Made by a program: the position numbers and the translations under genes. The notes beneath the pieces were generated by a model. It ran no database searches, had not been told where the DNA came from, and worked only from the letters and a program-made list of their open reading frames with translations. A DNA stretch of 63,060 nucleotides, the filler included, from Asterionella formosa (lineage: Eukaryota), in the NCBI GenBank assembly GCA_002256025.1. It is 15 parts of 15 records of this genome, joined end to end, with 100 filler letters (N's around TTAATTAATTAA, not from the genome) between each part and the next. Parts side by side here need not be neighbours in the genome. Positions count along the whole stretch, not along the records: positions 8,457 to 12,577 come from NKIB01013698.1; positions 12,678 to 16,797 come from NKIB01013699.1; positions 16,898 to 21,016 come from NKIB01013700.1; positions 21,117 to 25,230 come from NKIB01013701.1; 11 more parts are not named here. One strand, 5' to 3'. Of this stretch, positions 11,320 through 22,268 are shown piece after piece (the stretch's first letter is position 1; every line of letters starts with the position of its first letter).

Positions 11320-12577
11320 ATGAAGTTTTCTATTATTGGAGGGATCTGCTTTCTCTCGAGTGGCGCTTTGGCGAGTCCTTCGCCCATTCCGGTAGTCACC
11401 TCAACCCCAACACCTATCCCCATTATGGCGACTCTTGAACTGGTAACTGCTTCAACCTCTGAACCAATTTCTGTTGTTGCTACTACTGCAGCACCAATCC
11501 CTTTTGTGGTTGTCCCACCATCGCTGTTTAACTATTTACCACCACATCTGCCAAGTGTTCCTTCCCCAACAATGGCAAGTCCCATCTTGCACCTGACACA
11601 GGCAGCTTCGTGCCCCTCTAAGCGCCCAAGGTGGAACGAGACAATCTCATGTGCCAGTGACCTCACTTGCTACTACCAAGTAACAAGACGTGGAATAAAT
11701 GCAACAAAGACATGTGTCTGCACAAACGGATATTTTCTCTGCGACCATCCATTCAAGGCTCTAACTACTTGCCCTTCCAATCCCCCAAGACGGAACGAGA
11801 AAATCCAATGTATGGGTAACCTCACATGTTCCTACGAACGAACCAGACACGGAGTGAACGGTATTATGACCTGTGCCTGTACAAACGGATATCATGTCTG
11901 CAATCGTTTCAAGTCTACAACACAAGCTCCAATCCCTGTTTTTGTTTCAACCCCATCACCAACTCCCGTTGTAATTGCTACCCCAGCACCAACTCCCTTA
12001 GTAATTGCTACTCCAGCACCCACTCCCTTTGAAAATGATACCCGAACTACTTGCCCTTCCAATCCCCCAAGACGGAACGAGAAAATCCAATGTGTGGGTA
12101 ACCTCACATGCTCCTACGAACGATCCAAACGCGGAGTGAAGGTTACTATGACCTGTGCCTGTACAAACGGATATCATGTCTGCAATCGTTTCAAGTCTAC
12201 AACACAAGCTCCAATCCCTGTTTTTGTTTCAACCCCATCACCAACTCCCGTTGTAATTGCTACCCCAGCACCAACTCCCTTAGTAATTGCTACTCCAGCA
12301 CCCACTCCCTTTGAAAATGATACCCGAACTACTTGCCCTTCCAATCCCCCAAGACGGAACGAGAAAATCCAATGTGTGGGTAACCTCACATGCTCCTACG
12401 AACGATCCAGACGCGGAGTGAAGGTTACTATGACCTGTGCCTGTACAAACGGATATCATGTCTGCAATCGTTTCAAGTCTACAACACAAGCTCCAATCCC
12501 TGTTTTTGTTTCAACCCCATCACCAACTCCCGTGGTGATTGCTACTCCAGCACCCACTCCCTTTAAAATTGAAACAC
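11320..12577 (+). CDS. Secreted protein with repeated 6-Cys modules and Pro/Thr linkers (3' partial)
   Basis: Signal peptide MKFSIIGGICFLSSGALAS; 4 copies of CPxxPPRxNExIxCxxxLTCxY...TCxCTNGYxxC; 282-bp near-perfect tandem DNA repeat; runs into contig end. Confidence 0.85.
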
Positions 12578-12679
12578 NNNNNNNNNNNNNNNNNNNNNNN
12601 NNNNNNNNNNNNNNNNNNNNNTTAATTAATTAANNNNNNNNNNNNNNNNNNNNNNNNNNNNNNNNNNNNNNNNNNNNTC

Positions 12680-13462
12680 CGCACTCACTATTCCTACGAG
12701 TCTCCTGGATCCTACCACTCACACGATCATGATGGACGGACCGACTTGGATCAGCGTGGCTATACAGTCGGTATTGGGGGTCCTGTGGGGTCTGGCAAGA
12801 CTGCCCTGGTATTGGCTTTGTGCCGTACCATGACAAACCCTCCCATTACTGGAGTCGTCACGAATGATATCTTTACTCAAGAAGATGCCGAGTTTTTGGT
12901 CCGTCACAACGCTTTGGACGCGCCATTCATCCGAGCTGTAGAAACTGGCGGATGCCCTCATGCTGCCATCCGTGAAGATGTGTCGGCCAATTTGGCTGCC
13001 TTGGAACAATTGACGTCCTTGTACTCCTCGTCGTCCAAACCACAACAGTCAAAGCCATGCCTGTTGCTGTGTGAATCCGGAGGGGATAATTTGGCTGCCA
13101 ACTTTTCGAAAGAATTGGCAGATTTGACACTCTATGTCATTGATGTAGCAGGTGGAGACAAGGTACCACGAAAAGGTGGACCAGGGATTACTCAAAGCGA
13201 TTTATTAATTATTAATAAAGTTGATTTGGCAGATGCCGTCGGGGCAGACTTGGATGTCATGGCGAGAGATGCCAAGAAAATGAGAGGAGAAGGACCTGTC
13301 ATATTTGCCAGTGTCAAACATGGAAAAGGCGTACCAGAGATTGTCGAATTTATTACAAATCATTTTCAAAGTGCCTTGCACCATCATCATCATCACCACC
13401 ACCATCATCACGAGCATGAAGGTGATGCAGTCAACGAAAAGATTGAGAACAAACCGACTTGA
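12680..13462 (+). CDS. ureG: Urease accessory GTPase UreG (5' partial)
   Basis: [12 protein letters not shown]-loop, [48 protein letters not shown]; frame is open back to the contig start. Confidence 0.97.
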   Translation, partial: RTHYSYESPGSYHSHDHDGRTDLDQRGYTVGIGGPVGSGKTALVLALCRTMTNPPITGVVTNDIFTQEDAEFLVRHNALDAPFIRAVETGGCPHAAIREDVSANLAALEQLTSLYSSSSKPQQSKPCLLLCESGGDNLAANFSKELADLTLYVIDVAGGDKVPRKGGPGITQSDLLIINKVDLADAVGADLDVMARDAKKMRGEGPVIFASVKHGKGVPEIVEFITNHFQSALHHHHHHHHHHHEHEGDAVNEKIENKPT

Positions 13463-13606
13463 ACCCGAATGTGGCGATGAGCAAAATGGTTTGCCTAAAA
13501 TAAAGATTTGCCCTGGCATGCCAAAATAAACTTGAATTGAAAGCACACTTGAAATTATAGGACTCGAGATAATATACAATAAATAGTCTTATATACCATT
13601 TTTACT

Positions 13607-14905
13607 TTATAATTCAGGCCCAATATTCAAGGCACCGATACTTTCCAAGTATTCTGCGACAGGGTGTTCGGCACCTAATGAGCTGATAGCCACATTGAGT
13701 GGAGAGCCCCCTTTACCGTCGTGCGTTCGAGCATTGACATCGATATTGTGTTCGAGTACCAACAATTCAATAATCTTTACGTGACCCGCACGAGCAGCTT
13801 CGTGAATTGGCTGCCATCCATTGCGATCTTTGTATTCAAGCTTTGATCGGTCCGTCTTGGCCAGTTCTCTCATGCGTTCCACATCTCCATTTGCCGCGGC
13901 CGTATGGGCGGCAGGCTGAGAGGCAACATGAGTTGCCGAAGGAAATGGCATCTTCCACCCATGTGGGTTCGACAATTTCCATACTGGCTCCTCTGGTGAG
14001 CCTGGAACAATATATGGTGGAAAAAAATCGTCAAGGTCGTCCATAAAGTCATCATTGTGATGATACAATGGGCGGCCAGTTGGTTCAAAATGGATGAAAA
14101 TATTGGCAAAGTATCGGCCCTTCAGTGGGAAGGGTCTACCGTGAATGAGAGAATGTGACTCGTACAGTACCATGTCTCCAGGCTCCATGGTGACATTCAC
14201 TGCATTTCCTTCTCGATCATAAATTTCCAACGGCCAAGGTTCGTCAACGTCTTGGGCAACATTGACAATGCAAGAACTGACCAAAGGCAATCTGTCCGCA
14301 TGAGGATTCAAGACTGCGCCATCAGTATAGACACGAATGCCATACATACTGGTAGGCTCTAATTCCATACCCGTCCATTGTTCTAGAGTCGATTGAGCAG
14401 CGTCCCAAATCTCTTGTTTCAACTTTGACCCTCCTCCACGAAGCTTGCTGTCCTCGACGCTGACCATGTAGGTCGGGGATGCCCAATGATTCACATAGAT
14501 ACTTCCTGCTGGCCACTGCTCCAATTTTTGAGACTTCTTATTCTTCTCCCAGTAATCGGTCAAGAGTTTACGGACGGCTTCCGGTGCTCGAATTTTCATA
14601 AATCCAGTGGCTGTGTAATTTTTCATCGACATCGGTTGCCGCCGACTCATTTCTAGTCGTCCCTCTTCACCGGAATCGCAACGTTCGGCACGAGTTCCTC
14701 CATAAAAGTCCCGACACCCTTGCATGAACTCTTCATAGAATGTCAAACGGTCTCCAAGTGGACCATTGCGATTTGCCTCAGTGAACGGATGATGAATCGG
14801 GAAGGAAACATCTGCACCATAAGTGACGGGCTCTTCCTTAGGAGTAGTAGCTGTTGTGCTAATGCATAACATGCAAAGGGAGAAAAATACAATATTGCCC
14901 TTCAT
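13607..14905 (-). CDS. Secretory-pathway 2OG-Fe(II) oxygenase (prolyl-hydroxylase-like) with C-terminal ankyrin repeats
   Basis: Signal peptide; YGIRVY, HAD (HxD), HGRP, ANIFIHF; ankyrin motifs GWQPIHEAARAGH and GGSPLNVA; C-terminal GPEL. Confidence 0.85.
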   Translation of the reverse strand: MKGNIVFFSLCMLCISTTATTPKEEPVTYGADVSFPIHHPFTEANRNGPLGDRLTFYEEFMQGCRDFYGGTRAERCDSGEEGRLEMSRRQPMSMKNYTATGFMKIRAPEAVRKLLTDYWEKNKKSQKLEQWPAGSIYVNHWASPTYMVSVEDSKLRGGGSKLKQEIWDAAQSTLEQWTGMELEPTSMYGIRVYTDGAVLNPHADRLPLVSSCIVNVAQDVDEPWPLEIYDREGNAVNVTMEPGDMVLYESHSLIHGRPFPLKGRYFANIFIHFEPTGRPLYHHNDDFMDDLDDFFPPYIVPGSPEEPVWKLSNPHGWKMPFPSATHVASQPAAHTAAANGDVERMRELAKTDRSKLEYKDRNGWQPIHEAARAGHVKIIELLVLEHNIDVNARTHDGKGGSPLNVAISSLGAEHPVAEYLESIGALNIGPEL

Positions 14906-15203
14906 TCTTTAGGGTTTGCTTAATGGTAGTTTGCTAAATTGTGAGATTACGTTGTGCTTTTGCTGTGACAGTCTCGAAATTCGCATTACATTTGTTGTGC
15001 TCCTCACCGCTCACAAAATACTGCCTGTTGCAAGTTCGCATTCGGGCAGGTTCGTATTTGTGCACTTGAAGGTGACCCCTGAATCGTGCGTGTCATGGTA
15101 TTCGAAGTAACTCTCACTCCATATTTATTCATACCTAAGTATAGTTTTTAATTTGGGACGAGTACGGCATACGCAGCAGAGGCCTGATTAAGGAATGCGG
15201 TAC

Positions 15204-15258
15204 CTGCATTTGAACCCCTAGCTCGAGGTAGGGTTAAAAAACAAATATTGAGTCAGAG
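15204..15258. repeat. Short dispersed repeat, inverted copy at 50630-50684
   Basis: ctgcatttgaacccctagctcgaggtagggttaa is the exact reverse complement of the contig 13 sequence, and the match extends through aatattgagtcaga. Confidence 0.85.
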
Positions 15259-15959
15259 TAGTCAAACACACACTTCGTACAACTAAAATATAAATATGTA
15301 TATCGCTACACGTAGCTTTCACCAGCCAATATACAGCCTTGTTTCCATATGCTTAGATACGACAGTCATTGATCAAAGTGGTATAGCTAGGTCAACACTA
15401 TTTATCGTCAGGATTTAGGATTTGGCGAGAAAATGCAGAGGAAGAGGTTCGGTTTTTTAAACTATGCTGAAAATATTGAATGTTACCACCAGGCCACCTC
15501 GTTTATTTGGCCCAGTAGTAGTAAAAGTTCCTTTCTGCACTTTCTTGCCAAAAGTTTACTTCTGGGGAAGATTACCTAGTATGTACTTAACTTCTTCAAT
15601 CCCTGCAAACATTGAGCTGTTGTCATCCAAAAATTCGACAATATCAGCCTTTTCAATGGTCTCCCACATGTCGGAAACAGAATCACTAATCACCAAAACA
15701 TCATCATCAAAATGGGAGTCTTGTGGTTCAATTTTTCGTCCTACAATCTCATGTAAAAAATTTATTGTAATGCCCGCTTCACTTTAAATATTTTTATTGG
15801 TCAAGTTTAATTACTTAATGACATTTGATTGGCACAGTTTGCGCGGTCTTAAACACCCATACTGCCACACTGGATGCACATGTAACATTTCTTGGGTGAT
15901 GGCCACTACAGTATTCACAGTAGTAGGTAGCTGATCATCAGTGATTTTATGCATACCAG

Positions 15960-16797
15960 TACTAGAAAGCACTTTGCCTTCATTGAATGGACAGAGTGTG
16001 CTGCATTTATCTTAATGATCATTGCGACCACAATGATTGCAGACATTTGTTCTTTTCCTTCTTGTTTCCTGGCTGATGCTCCCTTCTTAATTCAACACCT
16101 GAACATTAAGTCTTACCTGATTTTTTGTCTTGCCTTTCTTGTTTGACTGTTACAAATCGTGCTGCATGGATTTTTTGTTTTGTTTCCTCTTTTGTTTGAA
16201 TTGTGCTTTCCATCATCACTTTGTCGCTTTTCCTTTTGTCTCCAGTAGAACGATTCTTGCAGTGCTGAAATCTGCATTCTACATCATTACTTGTACTATA
16301 GTATATCCCTTGTTTATTGTGTTGCTCCTTGTGTATGTTGCCCAGCAACCAAAGCCACTCGATATTGAAGGCCTCCGGATCCTGCAAGCAAACACCACCT
16401 CGTTTTTCGGACATCGTCGAAACACTGCATTGTGCGTTGCCTCATTAATTTGCATGTCAAAGGGATGATGCAACGATAGCAGCTTTTCGCATTTGACTTT
16501 CGTTGCAACAATGCAACATCAACCATTTGTATAATTTCTTCCCTTTTCCTTGTCGTGATATTTTCTGTTCATAACCATTTTTCCTGGCTGCTTCTACAGG
16601 GCACCACGTCTCAGAGCAGTAGTAATGGCAACCGCATAAATGGTTGATTGATGCCTTGGATGTATCAATAAATTCGGTCAGATATATTCAGGATTATTAA
16701 TCGAAGCGCCATAGAAAAAATTTCAACCGGAGACAATCAGCTTTTGAAGGACGCTCAAGGGAGACTGGGACATTGGATTTCAGAAAAGCACCATGGC
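15960..16797 (-). pseudogene. Degraded Mutator-like (MULE) transposase, C-terminal part
   Basis: Hand translation across frameshifts: INHLCGCHYYCSETWC, HPFDMQINEATHNAVFRRCPKN (TQxNE...PK motif), zinc knuckle CNHCGRNDH*DKCSTLCP. Confidence 0.6.
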
Positions 16798-16897
16798 NNN
16801 NNNNNNNNNNNNNNNNNNNNNNNNNNNNNNNNNNNNNNNNNTTAATTAATTAANNNNNNNNNNNNNNNNNNNNNNNNNNNNNNNNNNNNNNNNNNNN

Positions 16898-17561
16898 ATA
16901 GATGAGTCTCTTTGTCGTTGCATTGAATAAGCTGCAGTAATGCGGGTAAGAGTCGCTCGTGGGTTGCTAACGTGTATTTATTTTCGGTGGGAAGCGAGAG
17001 ATTGTTCAGCATCAAACATGCCGAGCGACGATATTCAGTGGTGCACAGCGCGGTGATTAGGGTATCAACCAACATCCATTCGCTGCGTTGAACCAGGGCA
17101 ACCCTTTTTCGGAAGAAGCAATATAAGAAGGAATCTGTGTGAGCAGATGCAGTCGCGCAAAAGCGACAATGGTTTCAAAACTGTAGTCAGACGTACCGAT
17201 TTTCGATGTGATGTTGATCGGTTAAGTCATACAATTGCCCGAGGGCAGCTACTTTCTTCTTTGTTGATGAGGTTTCCACGGAAAGAACGTCAACCAACCC
17301 TGGAACAACCTGCTCCAAAGGAGGATCGTCGAGAATACTACAGTTGATGATGCAGACTGTCGCATTTAGGTTGTCAAGAAATGAGGAAACTAACGACGAT
17401 TCCGGTTGGGTCGCTACTGCTACCGAGTCCTGATGTTCGTCCTGTTCATTTGTATGCGCACTGGATGACCGAGAATGTGACATGAATCTTGAGCTGGTCA
17501 GAGCCAATTGATCAAGCGAGTTTCGAAGGATAGAAGTGGCACTGCATAAGAACTCAGTCAT
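16898..17561 (-). CDS. Armadillo-type helical protein, 3' partial; exons 17561-17197 and 17103-16898
   Basis: 93-nt GT-AG intron (17196-17104) joins LYDLTDQHHIENR to VALVQRSEW...RRSACLMLNNLSLP in frame. Confidence 0.7.
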
Positions 17562-17724
17562 ACTGATCTCCTATGTATCGTCGCCTTTTTCAAAATATTC
17601 TTCTTGCAACTTAGCAACTTGCAAAAGAGTACACATGTGAAACAAAAACTATAAGTTCATTGCTATCTATAATAAAAATTACAAACAAAAAGCAAAATGC
17701 AGTAAATGTAATAACGGTCACCAC

Positions 17725-18265
17725 TGGTACCAGGTACCGACGAGTACCTGGTACGTATGTTGTGGAAGCAAATTGATCGCCACTTCTTCATGTTTACCAG
17801 TATTCAGTGCTATGTGCGTATGTTTAAACCGGTACAAGGTACCGTACCATGTAGATACCGGTACAGTGGCTTGCATGTACCCCGAGAAGAAACCAGTATA
17901 TAAGGTACCTGGTACCTGGTACTTGTAATGGTCCTGGTTCTCCGGGGTACCTTTGGAAGGTCCGATAAAAGACGGTTTCCATGCTAAACTTCTCTATTGA
18001 GTTGCATTTCAGTTTTACCGGACACTTCGACACTTACGTAGGTCAGATATGAATAGGCTACATACAATATATTCCACACAGGAGTGTACCACAGGACAGA
18101 ATCCAGAATCCGTTCGTATGCCATACTTGATGTCGAAATCAACAGAAGGACATCATAAATAATATTTTTTATTTTTTATTTCTATCATATCCATATATAT
18201 ATTATGCTCAAGGAGCATGGTGATATGGTACCACATTGCCTGTGACCTGGTACCCTGGTACCAGG
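17725..18265. repeat. GGTACC(A/T) low-complexity cluster; others at ~20560-20860, 42555-42665, 46816-46975, 47198-47300, 51285-51420
   Basis: Tandem and inverted heptamers ggtacct/ggtacca visible directly. Confidence 0.85.
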
Positions 18266-18599
18266 TGTCTACTAGGGGCAACACGAAGTACTAGGCGATA
18301 AAATTCGAAAATGATCACGTGACTACGACATAAAGCTGTGCAAATGATGCTTTTGCTTTGGCTGTTACTATCACTCTAGCATGTAATAGGCGATAGAATA
18401 CGAAAATGATCACATGACTACAACAAATACCGCCCTGTGCAAATACTTTACCAGGAGGTACAAGGTACCTCCTGCATCCACACGCTGATATACTGGGTAG
18501 TACATCAACTGGTACATACATAGGAGCATGATTATTGGAAACACTGCAGCTTTGGTTTTATTACCATAAGTTTCAGATTTTAAAAACATAGGGGGAGAG

Positions 18600-19900
18600 G
18601 AACAGAATCATGGAAGTAACATGGGTAGGCCGCATAAGGACTCCCCACAAATGCTCATACCACTGGACATCAATGTCCTTGACTCTGCCCAGCCATTGAC
18701 CACCCACCATTAACACTGAAAGAACCTGATGAAGTTCCCCCTGGGCAGGCACTAATATAAGTAGCAGCCCCCTTCCTTATACTGTGCATGCTGATGTTGT
18801 TTGATTCAATACCTTATTCAAATAGCTGTCCTTTCTTGGCTTCTGCTTTAAAATAGATGAAAATCTCTTAAATTGATTGTGACCAGAGAATAAGCAACTA
18901 TTTCCTTTAGCAACATTTTTAAATCTTCCCTAGTACACACCAAGATAAAATATAGAATACACTACCCACTCAATTAGATTTGCATAAACATGTCTGGAAT
19001 ATTTCGATTGAGTCCCTTTCTGATCTGTCTTAGTGTGTGCAAAGCATTTACGCAGAGCATCATCAGTCCACTCCATATGTGACAAGCAGATTTGGCTTGT
19101 GTTGTTATTGACCCTGCAGATCAAATTCCAAGTTATGGCCAGGAATAGGTTACCCCAAATGCCATCACCAGTTCCTACTAACTCAATGAACCAAGTAGGG
19201 GAATGGCTTGATTGGTTAGCACACCTCATGAGGTAGCGGGTTGGATTCCTGCATTCTCCGCCTGTTTTTCTTCTATGTAGTCCCTAGGGTTCTGGGGGTG
19301 AGGCTGGTGGCGAAGAGACAGGTACTGTTATACCATACGGATGAATAAAACTGGTACTAATTGTTACCATTTAAGCGGGCACAAGTGCGATTATTGGATA
19401 GCTTTAACACACTATAAAAATTTAATTAGCTTTTCACTCAATGATCCAAGTACAAAGTACAAAGGAGGTGATATATTGATTGTTCATGGGTCCTTACCCT
19501 CACAAATCTCTCCTAATCCATAATGATTCTCTACTGCAATAATCTGATAAAAACCATGCAAAAGGTTGCTAAGTTCCTGCTCAAAATCAACTGTGAAGAC
19601 TGTGTCATTATGTAGCCTGAATAAGTTGAATAGATCTGATCACTTATTCCCATAGCAGCTCTTGGACAGCCAATCTTGTGTCCAAGAATGGCAAAGGCTC
19701 TGGAGATATACCATATACCCTGCTGGAGTGATTGTAGGGAGCATCATGATGGCTTCCTCTGCAGCATGCTGAATCAATTCAACTAAACCTGTTTCTAACT
19801 CAAATTTTTTTCTTCTCTTGTACCTATGCCTGCTGCCTCCATCTTAGGAAGAATTACCCTTTGTTCTGGGCATATGCTGTAAGCCATCCTGGTTTGTGTT
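18600..19900 (-). pseudogene. Degraded Crypton-like tyrosine recombinase (stramenopile type), interrupted by a SINE
   Basis: FLAITWNLICRVNN, HMEWTDDAL, FAHTKTDQKG, RHVYAN, then HSIRKGAATY and GGWSM (HxxR box); multiple stops and frameshifts; boundaries approximate. Confidence 0.8.
19198..19435 (+). mobile_element. tRNA-derived SINE-like insertion with 17-bp TSD
   Basis: A box TGGCTTGATTGG, B box GGTTGGATTCC, acceptor-like stem GGGGAATG/CATTCTCC; flanked by actcaatgaaccaagta (19181-19197) and actcaatgatccaagta (19436-19452). Confidence 0.8.
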
Positions 19901-21118
19901 CAAGACACCAGCAAAAGAGCCCAAACTGTCAGAAATATATTCCTAGCATGTACCCTTGTCCATCATCATTTGCTCATTGAATTCCTGTAAAGGAAGCAAT
20001 GCCACGAGGATGAAGAGGGACATCTGGCATCACGATGGTGAGCACGAAGGGAAAGGGATGCAACCAAGAATGTGCAAATGAGCAATAAATGTGATAATGA
20101 ATGGCACGCAAAAATTATAGTAGTAATTGCGATATCTTTTATGTACCCATACTTGTACTCACAGAAATGGCATATGTTATACGTTAGAGTGATGTTGGGT
20201 GGTGCAATTCTAAATTATAGTTGCAGCCACGTAAGTATCACACTTGTACTGACCAAAAAGGCACATTTTCGCTCAATCAGGATTCCATTTAAAAAATTAG
20301 CCTTCAGTAGAGAGCTACTGCAAGCTAGTACTAGAAATTTACCGGACAATCGTCCAGTATAACGCCGTGAAGGTGGTCTTGACGGTATTTTGTCCGGTAG
20401 AACTGAACTGATGAAGGACCTTCCTTGTTTTACCCAAGGTTGACCACCGGTATCATGTACCGGTATGTAAACGTCGCTGTCATTGACTTCCTTGGAATTC
20501 TAATGTATTCGAAGTGGTTCCGTCCTGGTCATGCTTGTCTACGTATGACATCATACTGCCAGTACCGGTAATTCTTTCCAGGTGGAGTACCAGCCAGTAC
20601 CAGTACCGGCATGCAACGGTCTCTTCTTTCATTTACCCGGTACCTGGTACCAGGTAGTACCAGGTACCAGTACCGGTATCATATGATACTTCCAGTACTG
20701 CACTTACCGGTATAGGTATTACAGACCAGGTACAGGTATGCAACTGGTACCAGGTACCAGGTAGTGTACTGGTGGTATCGTAGAGGTCAGAAGTATGCTT
20801 CATGGAGCATGCATACATAAGATATGTACCTTGTACATGGTACCAGGTACCTGGTACTCCCCCGGAATCATTTGTCAGACTCAGATTCTTGTCACAAAAC
20901 AAGAGTTGTCTACTTTTGTTGTGGGGAAAAGGATGAATGCACACCAAAAACTGCTCCTCTCCAGTCTACTAATACTATTTCTCAAATCACCTTCAGTTGC
21001 CCTTTCCCCAGATTCTNNNNNNNNNNNNNNNNNNNNNNNNNNNNNNNNNNNNNNNNNNNNTTAATTAATTAANNNNNNNNNNNNNNNNNNNNNNNNNNNN
21101 NNNNNNNNNNNNNNNNCT

Positions 21119-22268
21119 ACCGGTTGTCGTCGCTCATCGTCACTGTTGTTTCTTCGTAGTCGATCATCTGCTCGTTTCTTCAGTACATCACCTCCACCAT
21201 CATCACCAGTAGCAGCAACAACAACTCAACGTACATCCGCAGGGACAGGGAAACAATTTGACGAAAATCCAGGATCGTTTGGATTTCATAACAATCGAGG
21301 TCCTGTCACATGGGGAGCCTTGGGATTAGTTGCAGTAGCAGCGGCAAGTGCTGTATCGTACTATCAAATTGAACGTGAACGAAGATTGGAAGAAGCCATG
21401 GGAAAAATTGTTACAAGTGAGTCAGACGGATGGAGTCCATCTCCGAAAGATTTGGCTCCACGAAAATGGAAACAAAATGAAGCAGGAGAATGGTTTCCTA
21501 TTGTAAATGATGTTTGGGGTGGAGGTATGTATGTATGTATTGTCGGCAGCACTTATGTGTGTGTGTGTGTGTTTGTTCGAATTTCTATCTTTCTGGAGCT
21601 GACGAATGCATAATTGTTTGTTTATATTATCTAAATCTGTCAACATAGGCACAGATTACAGGAATTATCAATTTACGTGATTTGACTAACATATTTCATT
21701 TCGTTGTTGAACTCACACGCACACACATTTCTTGTCGTTTTTTAACACAGCTGGCAAACCGGCCATTGGAGGACCTTGGTCATTGGTTGATTTGAATGGA
21801 AATCTTGTGACTGAAGAAAATTTCAAAGGCAAATGGCTATTGCTGTATTTTGGATTTGCACGATGTCCTGATATTTGTCCTAGTGAGATGGTCAAGGTGG
21901 GCAAGGTCATGGATATCTTGGAAGTGAAATACCCAAAGTTGCGACCTCATATTGTTCCAATATTTGTCTCTGTTGACCCTGCAAGAGACTCTCTAAAAGC
22001 ATTGAAAGAATATGCTAAAGATTTTCATCCATCCTACATTTTCTTAACTGGGTCACCTCAGCAAGTAGAACAAATGGCAAAAAAGTATCGTGTTTACGTT
22101 TCCAAGGCAGATGAAACAGATGATGGAGATTACTTAGTTGACCATTCCATTGTCATTTATTTTCATGATGATACAGGAGATTTGGCTGATTGTTTTACAC
22201 AATCAATGCGAGCCTCTGATGTGGTGGAAAGAGTTGTTGATCGAATGTTGGCAGTCAAACAAGAATGA
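21119..22268 (+). CDS. SCO1: SCO1/SenC mitochondrial copper chaperone (5' partial; exon 1 ends at 21416 or 21524, last exon 21751-22268)
   Basis: GPVTW plus TM helix, [25 protein letters not shown] (CxxxC), SVDPARD, YLVDHS. Confidence 0.95.

Noticed and set aside
19198..19262. Functional tRNA gene
   Set aside because: The anticodon arm is collapsed, the T-loop is mutated (GGTTGGA), and it heads a TSD-flanked insert.
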